Source: an uncultured Prevotellaceae bacterium
GTDB lineage: Bacteria > Bacteroidota > Bacteroidia > Bacteroidales > Bacteroidaceae
Length of the DNA: 64,000 nt
Assembly: GCA_900316355.1 (NCBI GenBank)
Contig: ONCQ01000003.1
Coordinates: 6,113-70,112 of the forward strand
Direction of reading: 5' to 3'
In this document: positions 36,383-45,819 of the stretch, piece by piece
Numbering within the stretch: position 1 is the first letter of the stretch
Layout of the letters: each line of letters opens with the position of its first letter
Notes under the pieces: model-generated
Seen by the model: only the letters and a program-made list of their open reading frames with translations
What the model was told of the DNA's origin: nothing
Databases searched by the model: none
Made by a program: the position numbers and the translations under genes

Positions 36383-37690
36383 TTAGATGGTTGACGGTTT
36401 TTTGAGGAACTCGTATCCGAACCTGCATCGCAAGCAGTCGATGCGGTCACAATATTCGCGCTTGAGATGGATGAGTGCTTGGCTGTCCGCCGCACTGTCC
36501 ACGGTGAGTCCGCATTGTTGCCATTGGCGCAGGATGTAGTTGCGCTCAGGCTTCAACTGTTCTAGCAGCTCCACGGCCCTTTCCTGCTCCGCTTCATCGT
36601 TGTGGGCAGTGCCGTGAGCGAACAGGAGAGGACTGACAGTGTTGATGATGAGCAAATCCTGGCTGGCGGCAGAGAGACGTTTTTCGCTGTGCTCTGACGG
36701 CATCCCGAAGAGATAGTGTGTCTGCCAATACGCTGTGGCGCAGGTGTCAAAAGCCTTATGTAGCCCCTCGCGCGTGCGTGTGCTTAATAAAATGTGAAGG
36801 CTGGCAGTTTGGAGGTAGTAGAGATGTGCCAGCTGCACGATGCGCAGGTGCGGAAAGTTCTGCGGTCGAAGGCGCAGGTATTTCCAGCAGGCTGCATCCA
36901 TGGGTGCAGCAAGCTGAAACTTGTGTTGCAGATAGCTGTATTCTTTGCGCAGGCGCAGCAGATACTCATCGTGTTTTGCTGCCTCGCGTGCCGAGGGCGG
37001 TATGGCCTCGTGTTGCAACAGCCCGGCACATCCCAGGAATAGTGCTTCTAACTGGAAGAGGTTGTCGCGATGCTTGGCAGCAGCGTGCAGGGGGAGATGC
37101 CTCGCCCATAATTCAAAGGCATCGCCATTGATGCCGAAGCCGAAATTGCGTGCCAGGGTGATGAAGGCCGCGCGCTCCCAGTCGCCATCTGCGTTGCTGA
37201 GGCGTTCCAAGCAACGCCTGGCACGTGCCTGCAGTCGTTCGGCTAGCAGTGCAGACATCCATGAGTGGATAGTCAGTTGTGGAAGTTGTGGGATAATCCG
37301 CCAACAGCGTGGATAGTCATCTGTCAAGCATAGTTGTGCATAGTTCTTCCGTACATAGTCGGGAATCTGCAGAGTTACCTGCGGCGGGTGCCTGCCGTCG
37401 GCGGTGATAATCTCTGTGTCTGCGATTTCTACCACATGCAGGATGACGTTATTGTAAGCAACGTCCTGCTGGTGGCCATGGTGCTCCCAGTCCGAGGCTC
37501 GTGTGTGTATCTCCACATTTCCCACCCACAGGGTACCGTTGATGCGCACTTTGGCGTTGAAGAAGTCTGGGCCTGCATTGAAATTATGCAGGCCGGGGTC
37601 TATCACCTCCACCCATTCCCCTTTGTTAGTGTGTAGGGAGTTGTGGTTGAAGAGTTGGTGTTTCCAGACGTAGTGAAGGATGGATTCCAT
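36383..37690 (-). CDS. DUF2851-family conserved Bacteroidetes protein
   Basis: N-terminus MESILHYVWKHQLF is typical of DUF2851. Function unknown. Confidence 0.5.
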   Translation of the reverse strand: MESILHYVWKHQLFNHNSLHTNKGEWVEVIDPGLHNFNAGPDFFNAKVRINGTLWVGNVEIHTRASDWEHHGHQQDVAYNNVILHVVEIADTEIITADGRHPPQVTLQIPDYVRKNYAQLCLTDDYPRCWRIIPQLPQLTIHSWMSALLAERLQARARRCLERLSNADGDWERAAFITLARNFGFGINGDAFELWARHLPLHAAAKHRDNLFQLEALFLGCAGLLQHEAIPPSAREAAKHDEYLLRLRKEYSYLQHKFQLAAPMDAACWKYLRLRPQNFPHLRIVQLAHLYYLQTASLHILLSTRTREGLHKAFDTCATAYWQTHYLFGMPSEHSEKRLSAASQDLLIINTVSPLLFAHGTAHNDEAEQERAVELLEQLKPERNYILRQWQQCGLTVDSAADSQALIHLKREYCDRIDCLRCRFGYEFLKKPSTI

Positions 37691-37764
37691 ACTTGGTTGA
37701 GGTAAGATGATGCAAAAATAGCATAAAAAAGTGAAACGTGAGGTATGGTTTCATATTTTTGTGC

Positions 37765-37772
37765 TACTTTTG
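37765..37772 (+). promoter_or_regulatory. TAnnTTTG -7 box (TACTTTTG) upstream of dapB
   Basis: Motif match 33 nt upstream of the ATG. Confidence 0.4.
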
Positions 37773-37804
37773 CGGCGCAAAACTACCATTTATATATTGC
37801 ATCA

Positions 37805-38521
37805 ATGAAGATAGCACTCATCGGCTACGGTAAAATGGGCCACATGATAGAGCAGATAGCTCTGGAGCGCGGACACGACATCGTGTGCCGCATCGACATC
37901 GATAACCCTCAGGACTTCGAGAGCGCGGCGTTCCGCAGCGCTGACGTGGCGATAGAGTTCACGGCTCCCACGGTGGCCTACGGCAACGTGCAGCGGGCGT
38001 TTGCGGCGGGCGTGAAGGTGGTGTCGGGCAGCACGGGGTGGTTTGCACAGCATGAGGCTGAGGTGCGCCGGCAGTGTGAGGCGGAGGGCAGGACGCTGTT
38101 CTGGGCCTCGAACTTCTCGGTCGGCGTGGCCATCTTCGGCGCCGTGAACCGCTACCTGGCACGCATCATGAATGGGTTCCCACAGTATGACGTGGAGATG
38201 GAGGAGACGCACCATGTGCATAAGCTGGACCACCCGAGCGGCACGGCGATCACGCTGGCAGAGGATATCGTCAGCGAACTGGACCGCAAGGAGGCGTGGG
38301 CCGAGGATACGACAGATCCGAAGCTGCTGCGCATCGACAACATCCGACGGGGTGAGGTGCCGGGGATTCACACGGTGCGCTACGACAGCGAGGCGGACCT
38401 GATAACAATCACGCATGATGCGCACTCGCGCAAGGGCTTCGCACTGGGGGCAGTGCTGGCGGCGGAATATACGGCCGAGCACAGCGGACTGCTGAGCATG
38501 GGGGATTTGTTTTCATTTTAA
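37805..38521 (+). CDS. dapB: 4-hydroxy-tetrahydrodipicolinate reductase
   Basis: MKIALIGYGKMG NAD-binding N-terminus and the EETHHVHKLDHPSGTA catalytic region. Confidence 0.85.
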   Translation: MKIALIGYGKMGHMIEQIALERGHDIVCRIDIDNPQDFESAAFRSADVAIEFTAPTVAYGNVQRAFAAGVKVVSGSTGWFAQHEAEVRRQCEAEGRTLFWASNFSVGVAIFGAVNRYLARIMNGFPQYDVEMEETHHVHKLDHPSGTAITLAEDIVSELDRKEAWAEDTTDPKLLRIDNIRRGEVPGIHTVRYDSEADLITITHDAHSRKGFALGAVLAAEYTAEHSGLLSMGDLFSF

Positions 38522-38670
38522 GGAGTTAAGAAGTTAAGGAGTTAAGAAGTTAAGGAGTTAAGGAGTTAAGACGAATGCTTTGCCACTGATAATACTTTGC
38601 ACGAGTAATGTCTTAACTTCTGCCCGAAGGGCGAGCGAAGCGATAACTCCTTGAACTCCTTAACTCCCCC
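38520..38670. repeat. GGAGTTAAG / TTGAACTCCTTAAC tandem arrays flanking a GCCCGAAGGGC hairpin
   Basis: Direct reading of the dapB-lepB intergenic region. Confidence 0.7.
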
Positions 38671-38685
38671 AAAATAATAAGAAAT

Positions 38686-40149
38686 ATGAAAGAGTTGGAT
38701 AAGAAAAAGATTACGTGGGTGGACTGGGTGAAGATGGGGGTCGTAGTGGGCCTCTACATCTGGTTCCTGGCATGGGTGGATGCCTGGTGGGGGCTGATAG
38801 TGGTGCCCTTCATCTTCGACATCTACATCACGAAGCGGATTCCGTGGACGTGGTGGAAGGAGCTGGAGAACCCGGTGACACGCACCATCATGTCGTGGGT
38901 GGATGCCATCGTGTTCGCCCTGGTGGCGGTGTATTTCGTGAACATCTACTTCTTCCAGAACTACACGATACCGTCGTCGTCGCTGGAGAAGAGCTTACTG
39001 GTGGGCGACTACCTCTTCGTGTCGAAGATGAGCTACGGCCCGCGCGTGCCGCAGACGCCGCTGTCGCTGCCGCTGGTGCAGCATACGCTGCCGGGTGGCG
39101 CGAAGAGCTACAGCGAGCTGATACAATGGGACTACAAGCGGGTGTCGCCGAAGCCGGTGGGGCTGAACGACATCGTGGTGTTCAACTACCCGTCGGGCGA
39201 CACGGTGGTGGCGAACCCGGCGTACCAGGCCATGGACTTCTACGGGCTGTGCATGGGCTACGGCCAGCAGATTATCGCGCAGAACCAGCAGCTGCCTGAC
39301 ATCCACTCGCTGACGCCGACGGAGCAGCGTCGCCTGCTGAACTTCTACCGCGCCGTGGGACGCCAGTATATCACGGAGAACGCCGCGGAGTTCGGCGAGG
39401 TGATGTCGCGCCCTGTGGATCGCCGCGAGAACTACGTGAAGCGCTGCGTGGGACTGCCGGGGCAGACGCTGCAAATCATTGACCGCATCATCTACCTGGA
39501 CGGCGAGCCGAACAAGGAGCCGGAGAATGTGCAGTACAACTACCACGTGGTGCTGCGCGACGGGCGCCGTGACCTGCCGGAGCAGGTGGCGCATGACCTG
39601 CACCTGAGCAATGACGACCTCTATGGCCGCAACGGCTTCCACCACACGGGTATCATGCCCCTCACGGCAGCCACGCGCGACAAGCTGCTGGAGATGACCA
39701 ACCTCGTGGAGAGCATAGAGATAGACAGCATGGGAGCCGTGCATGACCTCTACCCCCTCAACGCGGTCACGGGGTGGACGCTCGACAACTACGGGCCCAT
39801 CTGGATTCCGAAAAAGGGCGAAAGCATCGACCTCACGATCGAGAACATCGCCGTCTATGAGCGCCCGATTGCGGTGTATGAGGGCAACAAGCTGGAGGTG
39901 CGCCCCGACGGCACCATCCTCATCAACGACAGCGTGGCCACATCATACACCTTCAAGATGGACTATTACTGGATGCAGGGCGACAACCGCCACAACAGCG
40001 CCGACAGCCGCTTCTGGGGCTTCGTGCCCGAGGATCACATCGTGGGCAAGCCCATCATGATATGGCTCTCCATCGACAAGGACCGCTCATGGTTCGACGG
40101 ACACATCCGCTGGAGCCGCCTGTTCCGCTGGGTGGAGAATATGAATTAA
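38686..40149 (+). CDS. lepB: Signal peptidase I (S26 family)
   Basis: SKMSYGPR (catalytic Ser region) and GDNRHNSADSRFWGFVP (box E). Confidence 0.85.
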   Translation: MKELDKKKITWVDWVKMGVVVGLYIWFLAWVDAWWGLIVVPFIFDIYITKRIPWTWWKELENPVTRTIMSWVDAIVFALVAVYFVNIYFFQNYTIPSSSLEKSLLVGDYLFVSKMSYGPRVPQTPLSLPLVQHTLPGGAKSYSELIQWDYKRVSPKPVGLNDIVVFNYPSGDTVVANPAYQAMDFYGLCMGYGQQIIAQNQQLPDIHSLTPTEQRRLLNFYRAVGRQYITENAAEFGEVMSRPVDRRENYVKRCVGLPGQTLQIIDRIIYLDGEPNKEPENVQYNYHVVLRDGRRDLPEQVAHDLHLSNDDLYGRNGFHHTGIMPLTAATRDKLLEMTNLVESIEIDSMGAVHDLYPLNAVTGWTLDNYGPIWIPKKGESIDLTIENIAVYERPIAVYEGNKLEVRPDGTILINDSVATSYTFKMDYYWMQGDNRHNSADSRFWGFVPEDHIVGKPIMIWLSIDKDRSWFDGHIRWSRLFRWVENMN

Positions 40150-40235
40150 GGCCCCCTGTGGTCCCCCAAGGGGGACAATTGAGAATTGAAAATTGAAAAT
40201 TGAGAATTGGGGAATGGTAAGAATTGAGGAATCGT
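40150..40235. repeat. GGCCCCCTGTGGTCCCCCAAGGGGGAC palindrome plus a TTGAGAATTGAAAATTG tandem array
   Basis: Direct reading. It overlaps the ORF-track N-terminus of ung. Confidence 0.7.
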
Positions 40236-40873
40236 GGGGGCGGCAGTTGGCCGCAGAGTTTGAGCAGGCTTACTTCCAGGAGCTGGCGGCTTTCGTGCGG
40301 CAGGAATATGCCGCAGGCCCTTGCTATCCCCCTGGCTCCAAGATCTTCAATGCCTTCAACAGCACACCCTTCGACCGTGTGAAGGTGGTCATCCTGGGAC
40401 AAGACCCCTACCATGAGCCCGGACAAGCCATGGGCCTCTCCTTCTCCGTCCCCGAGGGTGTGCAGCTGCCGCCATCGCTCCGCAATATCTACGCCGAGAT
40501 CCAGCAGGAGCTGGGCACCATGCCGCCCGCCTCGGGCGACCTCACGCGCTGGGCGGCACAGGGCGTGCTGCTGCTGAACGCCACCCTCACCGTGCGCCGC
40601 GGACAGGCGGGCTCGCATCAGGGCCATGGCTGGGAGACGTTCACGGATGCGGCCATACGGGCGCTGGCGCAGCAGCGCGAGCATCTGGTGTTCCTGCTCT
40701 GGGGCTCCTATGCGGCGAAAAAGGCCCAATTCATCGACGCACAACGGCACCTGGTGCTCCGCTCAGCCCATCCCTCCCCCCTCTCCGCCTACCGCGGCTT
40801 CTTCGGCAACCACCACTTCCAACTCTGCAACGACTACCTCGTCCAGCACGGACAAAGTCCAATTGAATGGTGA
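40214..40873 (+). CDS. ung: Uracil-DNA glycosylase
   Basis: GQDPYH catalytic motif and HPSPLSAYRGFFG. The start was moved to the Met after the repeat array. Confidence 0.85.
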   Translation: MVRIEESWGRQLAAEFEQAYFQELAAFVRQEYAAGPCYPPGSKIFNAFNSTPFDRVKVVILGQDPYHEPGQAMGLSFSVPEGVQLPPSLRNIYAEIQQELGTMPPASGDLTRWAAQGVLLLNATLTVRRGQAGSHQGHGWETFTDAAIRALAQQREHLVFLLWGSYAAKKAQFIDAQRHLVLRSAHPSPLSAYRGFFGNHHFQLCNDYLVQHGQSPIEW

Positions 40874-41565
40874 ACCAGATTCCTATCTTAGAAGTCGGCG
40901 GTGTGCTGATCAGCACTCAGATCCTCACCGAACGTTTCTGCTGCGACCTCGAAGCCTGCGGCGGCGCCTGCTGCGTGGAGGGCGATGCTGGCGCACCGGT
41001 CACGCTGGATGAAGTCGGCGAGATAGAGGCGGCGCTGGATGCGGCGTGGCCGTATATGTCGGCCACGGCACAGAGCGTGGTGGATAAACAGGGCGTTGCC
41101 TACACGGATGTGGAGGGCGACTTGGTCACGAGTATCGTGAACGGCAAAGATTGTGTGTTTACGTTCTACGAAATGCCCCCGAGCCCCCTAAAGGGGAGCG
41201 TAAATAGCCAAGAGCCAAGAGCTAAGAGCCAAGCGCCAAGTGCCAACAGCCAAGAGCCAGCAGCCAAAACCTGTTGTCTGTGTGCGCTGGAGGCGGCATG
41301 CAGGGCGGGGAAGAGTAGGTTCATGAAGCCCATCTCATGCGCGCTCTATCCCATCCGCGAGAAGCGTTTCGGCGGTGGCCTGGTGGGCCTCAACTATCAC
41401 CGCTGGGCCATTTGCGAGGGAGCGCGCAAGCGGGGACAGGAGCTGGACCTGCCGCTCTACCGTTTCCTGCGCGAGCCGCTGATACGGCGCTTCGGCGAGG
41501 CGTGGTACAAAGAGTTGTGTGAGGTGGCGGAGGAACTGAAAAGAGCGGAGCGAGACCGCCCATAA
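40867..41565 (+). CDS. Cysteine-rich conserved protein (DUF3109-like) carrying an in-frame repeat-element insertion
   Basis: CCDLEACGGACC...CCLCALE...CALYPIR cysteine pattern. Residues EMPPSPLKGSVNSQEPRAKSQAPSANSQEPAAKT are encoded by the palindromic core plus an AGCCAAGAGCC tandem array. Confidence 0.5.
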   Translation: MVNQIPILEVGGVLISTQILTERFCCDLEACGGACCVEGDAGAPVTLDEVGEIEAALDAAWPYMSATAQSVVDKQGVAYTDVEGDLVTSIVNGKDCVFTFYEMPPSPLKGSVNSQEPRAKSQAPSANSQEPAAKTCCLCALEAACRAGKSRFMKPISCALYPIREKRFGGGLVGLNYHRWAICEGARKRGQELDLPLYRFLREPLIRRFGEAWYKELCEVAEELKRAERDRP

Positions 41566-41578
41566 ATTTCCCCCCCCC

Positions 41579-42175
41579 TTAGTCGCAGCCGATGATGCGG
41601 CGGGCACCGGTGTAGCGGCGCGTCCAGTAGCCATCGGACGAAGAGTCGATGCGTACGCCGCGCGAGGTGCTGGCATGGATGAAGTTGAAGGTGTTGTCCT
41701 CGGCATTGACATGGGTGACGATGCCGACATGGTTGACACCCTTGCCGCCGCGACCGAAGAAGACGAGGTCGCCGGGCTGCAGGGCATCGCGCCCGATGGC
41801 TTCGCCCTGCGTGTGCTGCTCCTGTGAGGAGCGCTTCAGGGTGATGCCGAGATGCTGGAAGACATAGCTGGTGAAGCCGGAGCAGTCGAAGGCCTTGGGC
41901 CCCATGCTGCCACGACGGTAGCGCGCGCCGATATGGTTCTTGGCGGTGGCGATGAGGTCGCGGGTGATGGTGGCTGTTATCTTGTCGGCGAAGGCGCTGA
42001 CGGTGGGCGTGGTGCCGGCGATGGGCGCTGTGCGCAGCATCTCTCTCATGCTATGTTGTGTGGCAGCGTCGAGGACCACGGCATCGGGCTGTGTGGCAGC
42101 GACACGATGGCGCAGGGGACTCTTGGCGAATCCCACACTGCTCAGGCATAGTAAGATGATGATATACTTTTTCAT
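41579..42175 (-). CDS. NlpC/P60 (C40) family peptidase lipoprotein
   Basis: Signal peptide. Catalytic Cys context AFDCSGFTSYVF and the His region GDLVFF...NHVGIV. Confidence 0.8.
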   Translation of the reverse strand: MKKYIIILLCLSSVGFAKSPLRHRVAATQPDAVVLDAATQHSMREMLRTAPIAGTTPTVSAFADKITATITRDLIATAKNHIGARYRRGSMGPKAFDCSGFTSYVFQHLGITLKRSSQEQHTQGEAIGRDALQPGDLVFFGRGGKGVNHVGIVTHVNAEDNTFNFIHASTSRGVRIDSSSDGYWTRRYTGARRIIGCD

Positions 42176-42335
42176 AACCTTTTTGGCGTCGTGAATATCC
42201 CTCAAAGGAGGGGCGTTATCCGGTAAGTCGCCGCAAAGGTACGAAAAAAAGACGGAGTGACGATGGGCATTGACATTTTATGTGTATTTTTAACACTATT
42301 AATTATCTTATGTCAATCGTCACTCCGTCAGGGAG

Positions 42336-43850
42336 TTACTTATTCAGTGTCCATGTGGCACCGTCCTTGCCGTCCTTGATTTCGAAGCCGAGGGCGTTGA
42401 GTTCGTTGCGGATCTTGTCGCTCGTGGCCCAGTCCTTATTGGCTTTGGCGATGGCGCGCTGTTCGAGGAGCATATCGACGACATGGCCGAAGGCCTCCTC
42501 GCGGGCACTGGCCCCGCTCCCCGCTCCGCTCGTTGAGAGTTGAGCGTTGAGCGTTGAGAGTCCGAGGATGTCCTCGGCGAAGAGATGCATGGCAGAGGAG
42601 AGTTCCTCGAAGTCGGCAGCACTGATGGTGCCCTTGTGGTCAAGGACGCGGTTGATGGTGCTGCATGCCTCGAAGAGGTGGCTGATGACGGTGGGGGAGG
42701 CGAGGTCGTCGTTCATGGCGTCGTAGCACTTCTGGCGCAGCTCGCTGGCCACCTTGTGCGTCTCGGCATCGCTCTCGGCGGCGGGTGTGATGCGCTTGAG
42801 GTCGGCGATGGCGTTCATCAGGCGCTGCAAGCCCTTCTCGGCAGCCTGCAGGGCTTCGTTGGAGAAGTCCACGGTGCTGCGGTAGTGCGCCTGCAGGATG
42901 AAGAAGCGGATGGTCATGGGCGAGTAGGCCTGCGAGAGCTTCTCGTGGGAGCCGGTGAAGAACTCGTTGAGGGTGATGAAGTTGCCCAGCGATTTGCCCA
43001 TCTTCTGGCCGCCGATGGTGACCATGTTGCAGTGCATCCAGTACTTCACCATGTCGTCGCCCTGGCTGGCCACGGCCTGCGCTATCTCGCACTCATGGTG
43101 CGGGAAGACGAGGTCCATGCCGCCACCGTGGATGTCGAAGTGGTTGCCCAGGTACTTGCGGCCCATGGCCGTGCACTCGCAGTGCCAGCCGGGGAAGCCG
43201 TTGCTCCAGGGTGAGGGCCAGCGCATGATATGTTCGGGCTGTGCGCACTTCCAGAGGGCGAAATCGACTTGGTTGTGCTTCTCGCTCTGGCCGTCGAGCT
43301 CGCGGCTGTTGTTGATGACGTCGGTGAGGTTGCGGCCGCTGAGTTTGCCGTACTGATGCTTTTCGTTGTATTTCTCCACGTCGAAATAGACGCTGCCCTG
43401 GCTCTCGTAGGCGTAGCCGTTGTTGAGGATCTCCTTGACGAGTTCTATCTGCTCGATGATATGTCCTGTGGCGTGGGGCTCGATGCTGGGCGGCAGGCAG
43501 TTGAGGGCGCGCATGGCATCGTGGAAGCGGTTGGTGTAGTACTGTGCCACCTCCATGGGTTCCAGCTGTTCCAGGCGTGCCTTCTTGGCTATCTTATCCT
43601 CGCCCTCGTCGGCATCGTGTTCGAGGTGTCCCACGTCGGTGATGTTGCGCACATAGCGCACCTTGTAGCCGATGTGCTGCAGGTAGCGGAACAGGAGGTC
43701 GAAGGTGATGGCGGGACGGGCGTGGCCCAGATGCGCATCGCCATAGACTGTGGGGCCGCAGACATACATGCCCACGCGGCCCGGAACGACGGGGCGAAAC
43801 AGCTCTTTACTGCGACTTAACGTATTATATATCAATAATGGTTGGTTCAT
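42336..43850 (-). CDS. cysS: Cysteine--tRNA ligase
   Basis: HIGH-type motif [15 protein letters not shown] and KMSKS (KMGKSLGN). The C-terminal region contains a CTCAACG heptamer x4 and an AGCGGGG-type low-complexity stretch (42520-42575). Confidence 0.9.
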   Translation of the reverse strand: MNQPLLIYNTLSRSKELFRPVVPGRVGMYVCGPTVYGDAHLGHARPAITFDLLFRYLQHIGYKVRYVRNITDVGHLEHDADEGEDKIAKKARLEQLEPMEVAQYYTNRFHDAMRALNCLPPSIEPHATGHIIEQIELVKEILNNGYAYESQGSVYFDVEKYNEKHQYGKLSGRNLTDVINNSRELDGQSEKHNQVDFALWKCAQPEHIMRWPSPWSNGFPGWHCECTAMGRKYLGNHFDIHGGGMDLVFPHHECEIAQAVASQGDDMVKYWMHCNMVTIGGQKMGKSLGNFITLNEFFTGSHEKLSQAYSPMTIRFFILQAHYRSTVDFSNEALQAAEKGLQRLMNAIADLKRITPAAESDAETHKVASELRQKCYDAMNDDLASPTVISHLFEACSTINRVLDHKGTISAADFEELSSAMHLFAEDILGLSTLNAQLSTSGAGSGASAREEAFGHVVDMLLEQRAIAKANKDWATSDKIRNELNALGFEIKDGKDGATWTLNK

Positions 43851-43912
43851 TATAGGAAAGAGAAATTAGTGTGAATAATGTGTGTTGATGGGGTGATGGA
43901 GTGGACAGACTA

Positions 43913-45097
43913 TCAACATCGGCCGTCGGCATGAATGAGTTCTAACAATTTTTTTACGGCGGATTCCTCCGGGATATTCTTTTCCACACATTCTTTTCCG
44001 CGATAGAGGCTGACCTTGCCGCGGGCGGCACCGACATAGCCGTAGTCCGCATCGGCCATCTCACCCGGGCCGTTGACGATGCAGCCCATGATGGCTATCT
44101 TCAGCCCTGCGAGGCGCTGGGCCAGCGCAGGGTCTGCGCTGCCAGCCTGCTCGAAGGCAGCCTTGACGCGCTGGATGGTGGCGGGCAGGTCGTAGAGCGT
44201 GCGGCCACAGCCGGGACAGGAGATGAACTCCGTCTTCGTGGTGCGCAGGCGCGCGGCCTGCAACAGGGCGTAAGCCACAGGAATCTCGTTCTCGGGCGGT
44301 TCGCTGAGGCTGACGCGGATGGTGTCGCCGATGCCGTCGATGAGCAGGGCACCGATGCCCACGGCACTCTTCAGGCGGCCGTCCTCGCCCTCGCCGGCTT
44401 CCGTGACGCCGAGGTGCAGGGGGAAGGTCATGCCCTCGGCCTCCATGGTGCGGCACAGCAGGCGCACGCTCTCTACCATCACCACGGTGTTGGAGGCTTT
44501 GATGCTGACGACGACATTCAGGAACTGCTCCTTCATGCAGACGCGCAGGAACTCCATGCACGACTCCACGATGCCGGCGGGCGTGTCGCCATAGCGCGAC
44601 ATGATGCGGTCGGAGAGCGAGCCGTGGTTCACGCCGATGCGCACGGCGGTGCCATGCTCGCGGCAGATGTTGAGGAAGGGCACGAGGCGGTCCTCAATCT
44701 TGCGGAGCTCGGCGGCGTACTCCTCGTCGGTATATTCCAGCTTCTTGAACTTACGCGCAGCATCCACGTAGTTGCCGGGGTTGATGCGCACCTTGTCGCA
44801 GTAGCGGGCGGCCACGTCGGCCACGGCGGGGTTGAAATGGACGTCGGCCACCAGGGGCACGTCGCACCCTGCGGCGCGCACGCGCTCACGGATGACACGC
44901 ATGTTCTCCGCCTCGCGCACGCCTTGCGTGGTCAGGCGCACCAGTTCACCGCCAGCCTTGGCGATGGCCAGGATCTGCTGCACGCAGCCGTCGGTGTCTA
45001 AGGTCGATGTTGTGCACATCGACTGCACGCGCACGGGGTTGTCGCCGCCGATGCCGATATTGCCAACCCGCACCTCGTGGGATATTCTTCTTTTCAT
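43913..45097 (-). CDS. ispG: 4-hydroxy-3-methylbut-2-en-1-yl diphosphate synthase
   Basis: GNIGIGGDNPVRVQSM N-terminus and the CPGCGRT cluster-ligand region. Confidence 0.8.
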   Translation of the reverse strand: MKRRISHEVRVGNIGIGGDNPVRVQSMCTTSTLDTDGCVQQILAIAKAGGELVRLTTQGVREAENMRVIRERVRAAGCDVPLVADVHFNPAVADVAARYCDKVRINPGNYVDAARKFKKLEYTDEEYAAELRKIEDRLVPFLNICREHGTAVRIGVNHGSLSDRIMSRYGDTPAGIVESCMEFLRVCMKEQFLNVVVSIKASNTVVMVESVRLLCRTMEAEGMTFPLHLGVTEAGEGEDGRLKSAVGIGALLIDGIGDTIRVSLSEPPENEIPVAYALLQAARLRTTKTEFISCPGCGRTLYDLPATIQRVKAAFEQAGSADPALAQRLAGLKIAIMGCIVNGPGEMADADYGYVGAARGKVSLYRGKECVEKNIPEESAVKKLLELIHADGRC

Positions 45098-45102
45098 GAG
45101 GT

Positions 45103-45606
45103 TTAAACTTTAAACTTATACTTCACTGCTGCCAGCTCCTCATTGGCTTTCACAATCTTCTGCGCCAGACCTTTCTTGTAGTCGCGCATCCGCCCAGCCA
45201 GTGCCTCGTCGGTGAGGGCCAGCATCTCGCAGGCCAGCACGGCAGCATTCTGTGCACCATTCACGCCGACGGTGGCCACGGGGATTCCGGGAGGCATCTG
45301 CACGATGGAGAGGAGGGCGTCGAGGCCGTCGAGCATCCCCTTGATGGGTACGCCGATGACGGGCAGCGTGGTGTTCGCCGCGATGACGCCGGGCAGCGCT
45401 GCCGCCATGCCTGCAGCGGCGATGATGACTTTCAGGCCGCGCTCTTCAGCCTCGCGGGCGAAGCGCTCCACCTCGGAGGGTGTGCGATGGGCGGAGAGGG
45501 CGTTCATCTCAAACGGCACTTCCATGTCGTCGAGGAACGTGGCAGCTTTCTCCATGACAGGCAGGTCGCTGGTGCTGCCCATGATGATGGAAATGAGTGG
45601 GGACAT
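45103..45606 (-). CDS. purE: 5-(carboxyamino)imidazole ribonucleotide mutase
   Basis: IIMGSTSDL...AAGMAAALPGVIAANTTLPVIGVP. Confidence 0.9.
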   Translation of the reverse strand: MSPLISIIMGSTSDLPVMEKAATFLDDMEVPFEMNALSAHRTPSEVERFAREAEERGLKVIIAAAGMAAALPGVIAANTTLPVIGVPIKGMLDGLDALLSIVQMPPGIPVATVGVNGAQNAAVLACEMLALTDEALAGRMRDYKKGLAQKIVKANEELAAVKYKFKV

Positions 45607-45622
45607 GAGAGTTTATTTTTTT

Positions 45623-45700
45623 AAGCCCCCGAGCCCCCTGAAGGGGAGCGTAGGGAGGGAAGAGGGAGGAGGGACAATGACGAATGCCAATGCCAAGAGC
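45623..45700. repeat. Copy of the GCCCCCGAGCCCCCTGAAGGGGAGCGTAGGGAGGG core plus a GGGAGG / GCCAATGCCAAG array
   Basis: Direct reading, upstream of purE. Confidence 0.8.
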
Positions 45701-45819
45701 GCTGCAAAGGTAGGCAAAATCCGTGACTTTGTGGTGCTCGCAAGCACGAAAAACACAAAAATAACACTTCTTCACTAAATATTTGTATGGATATGCGAAA
45801 AAATGCGTAGTTTTGCAGC

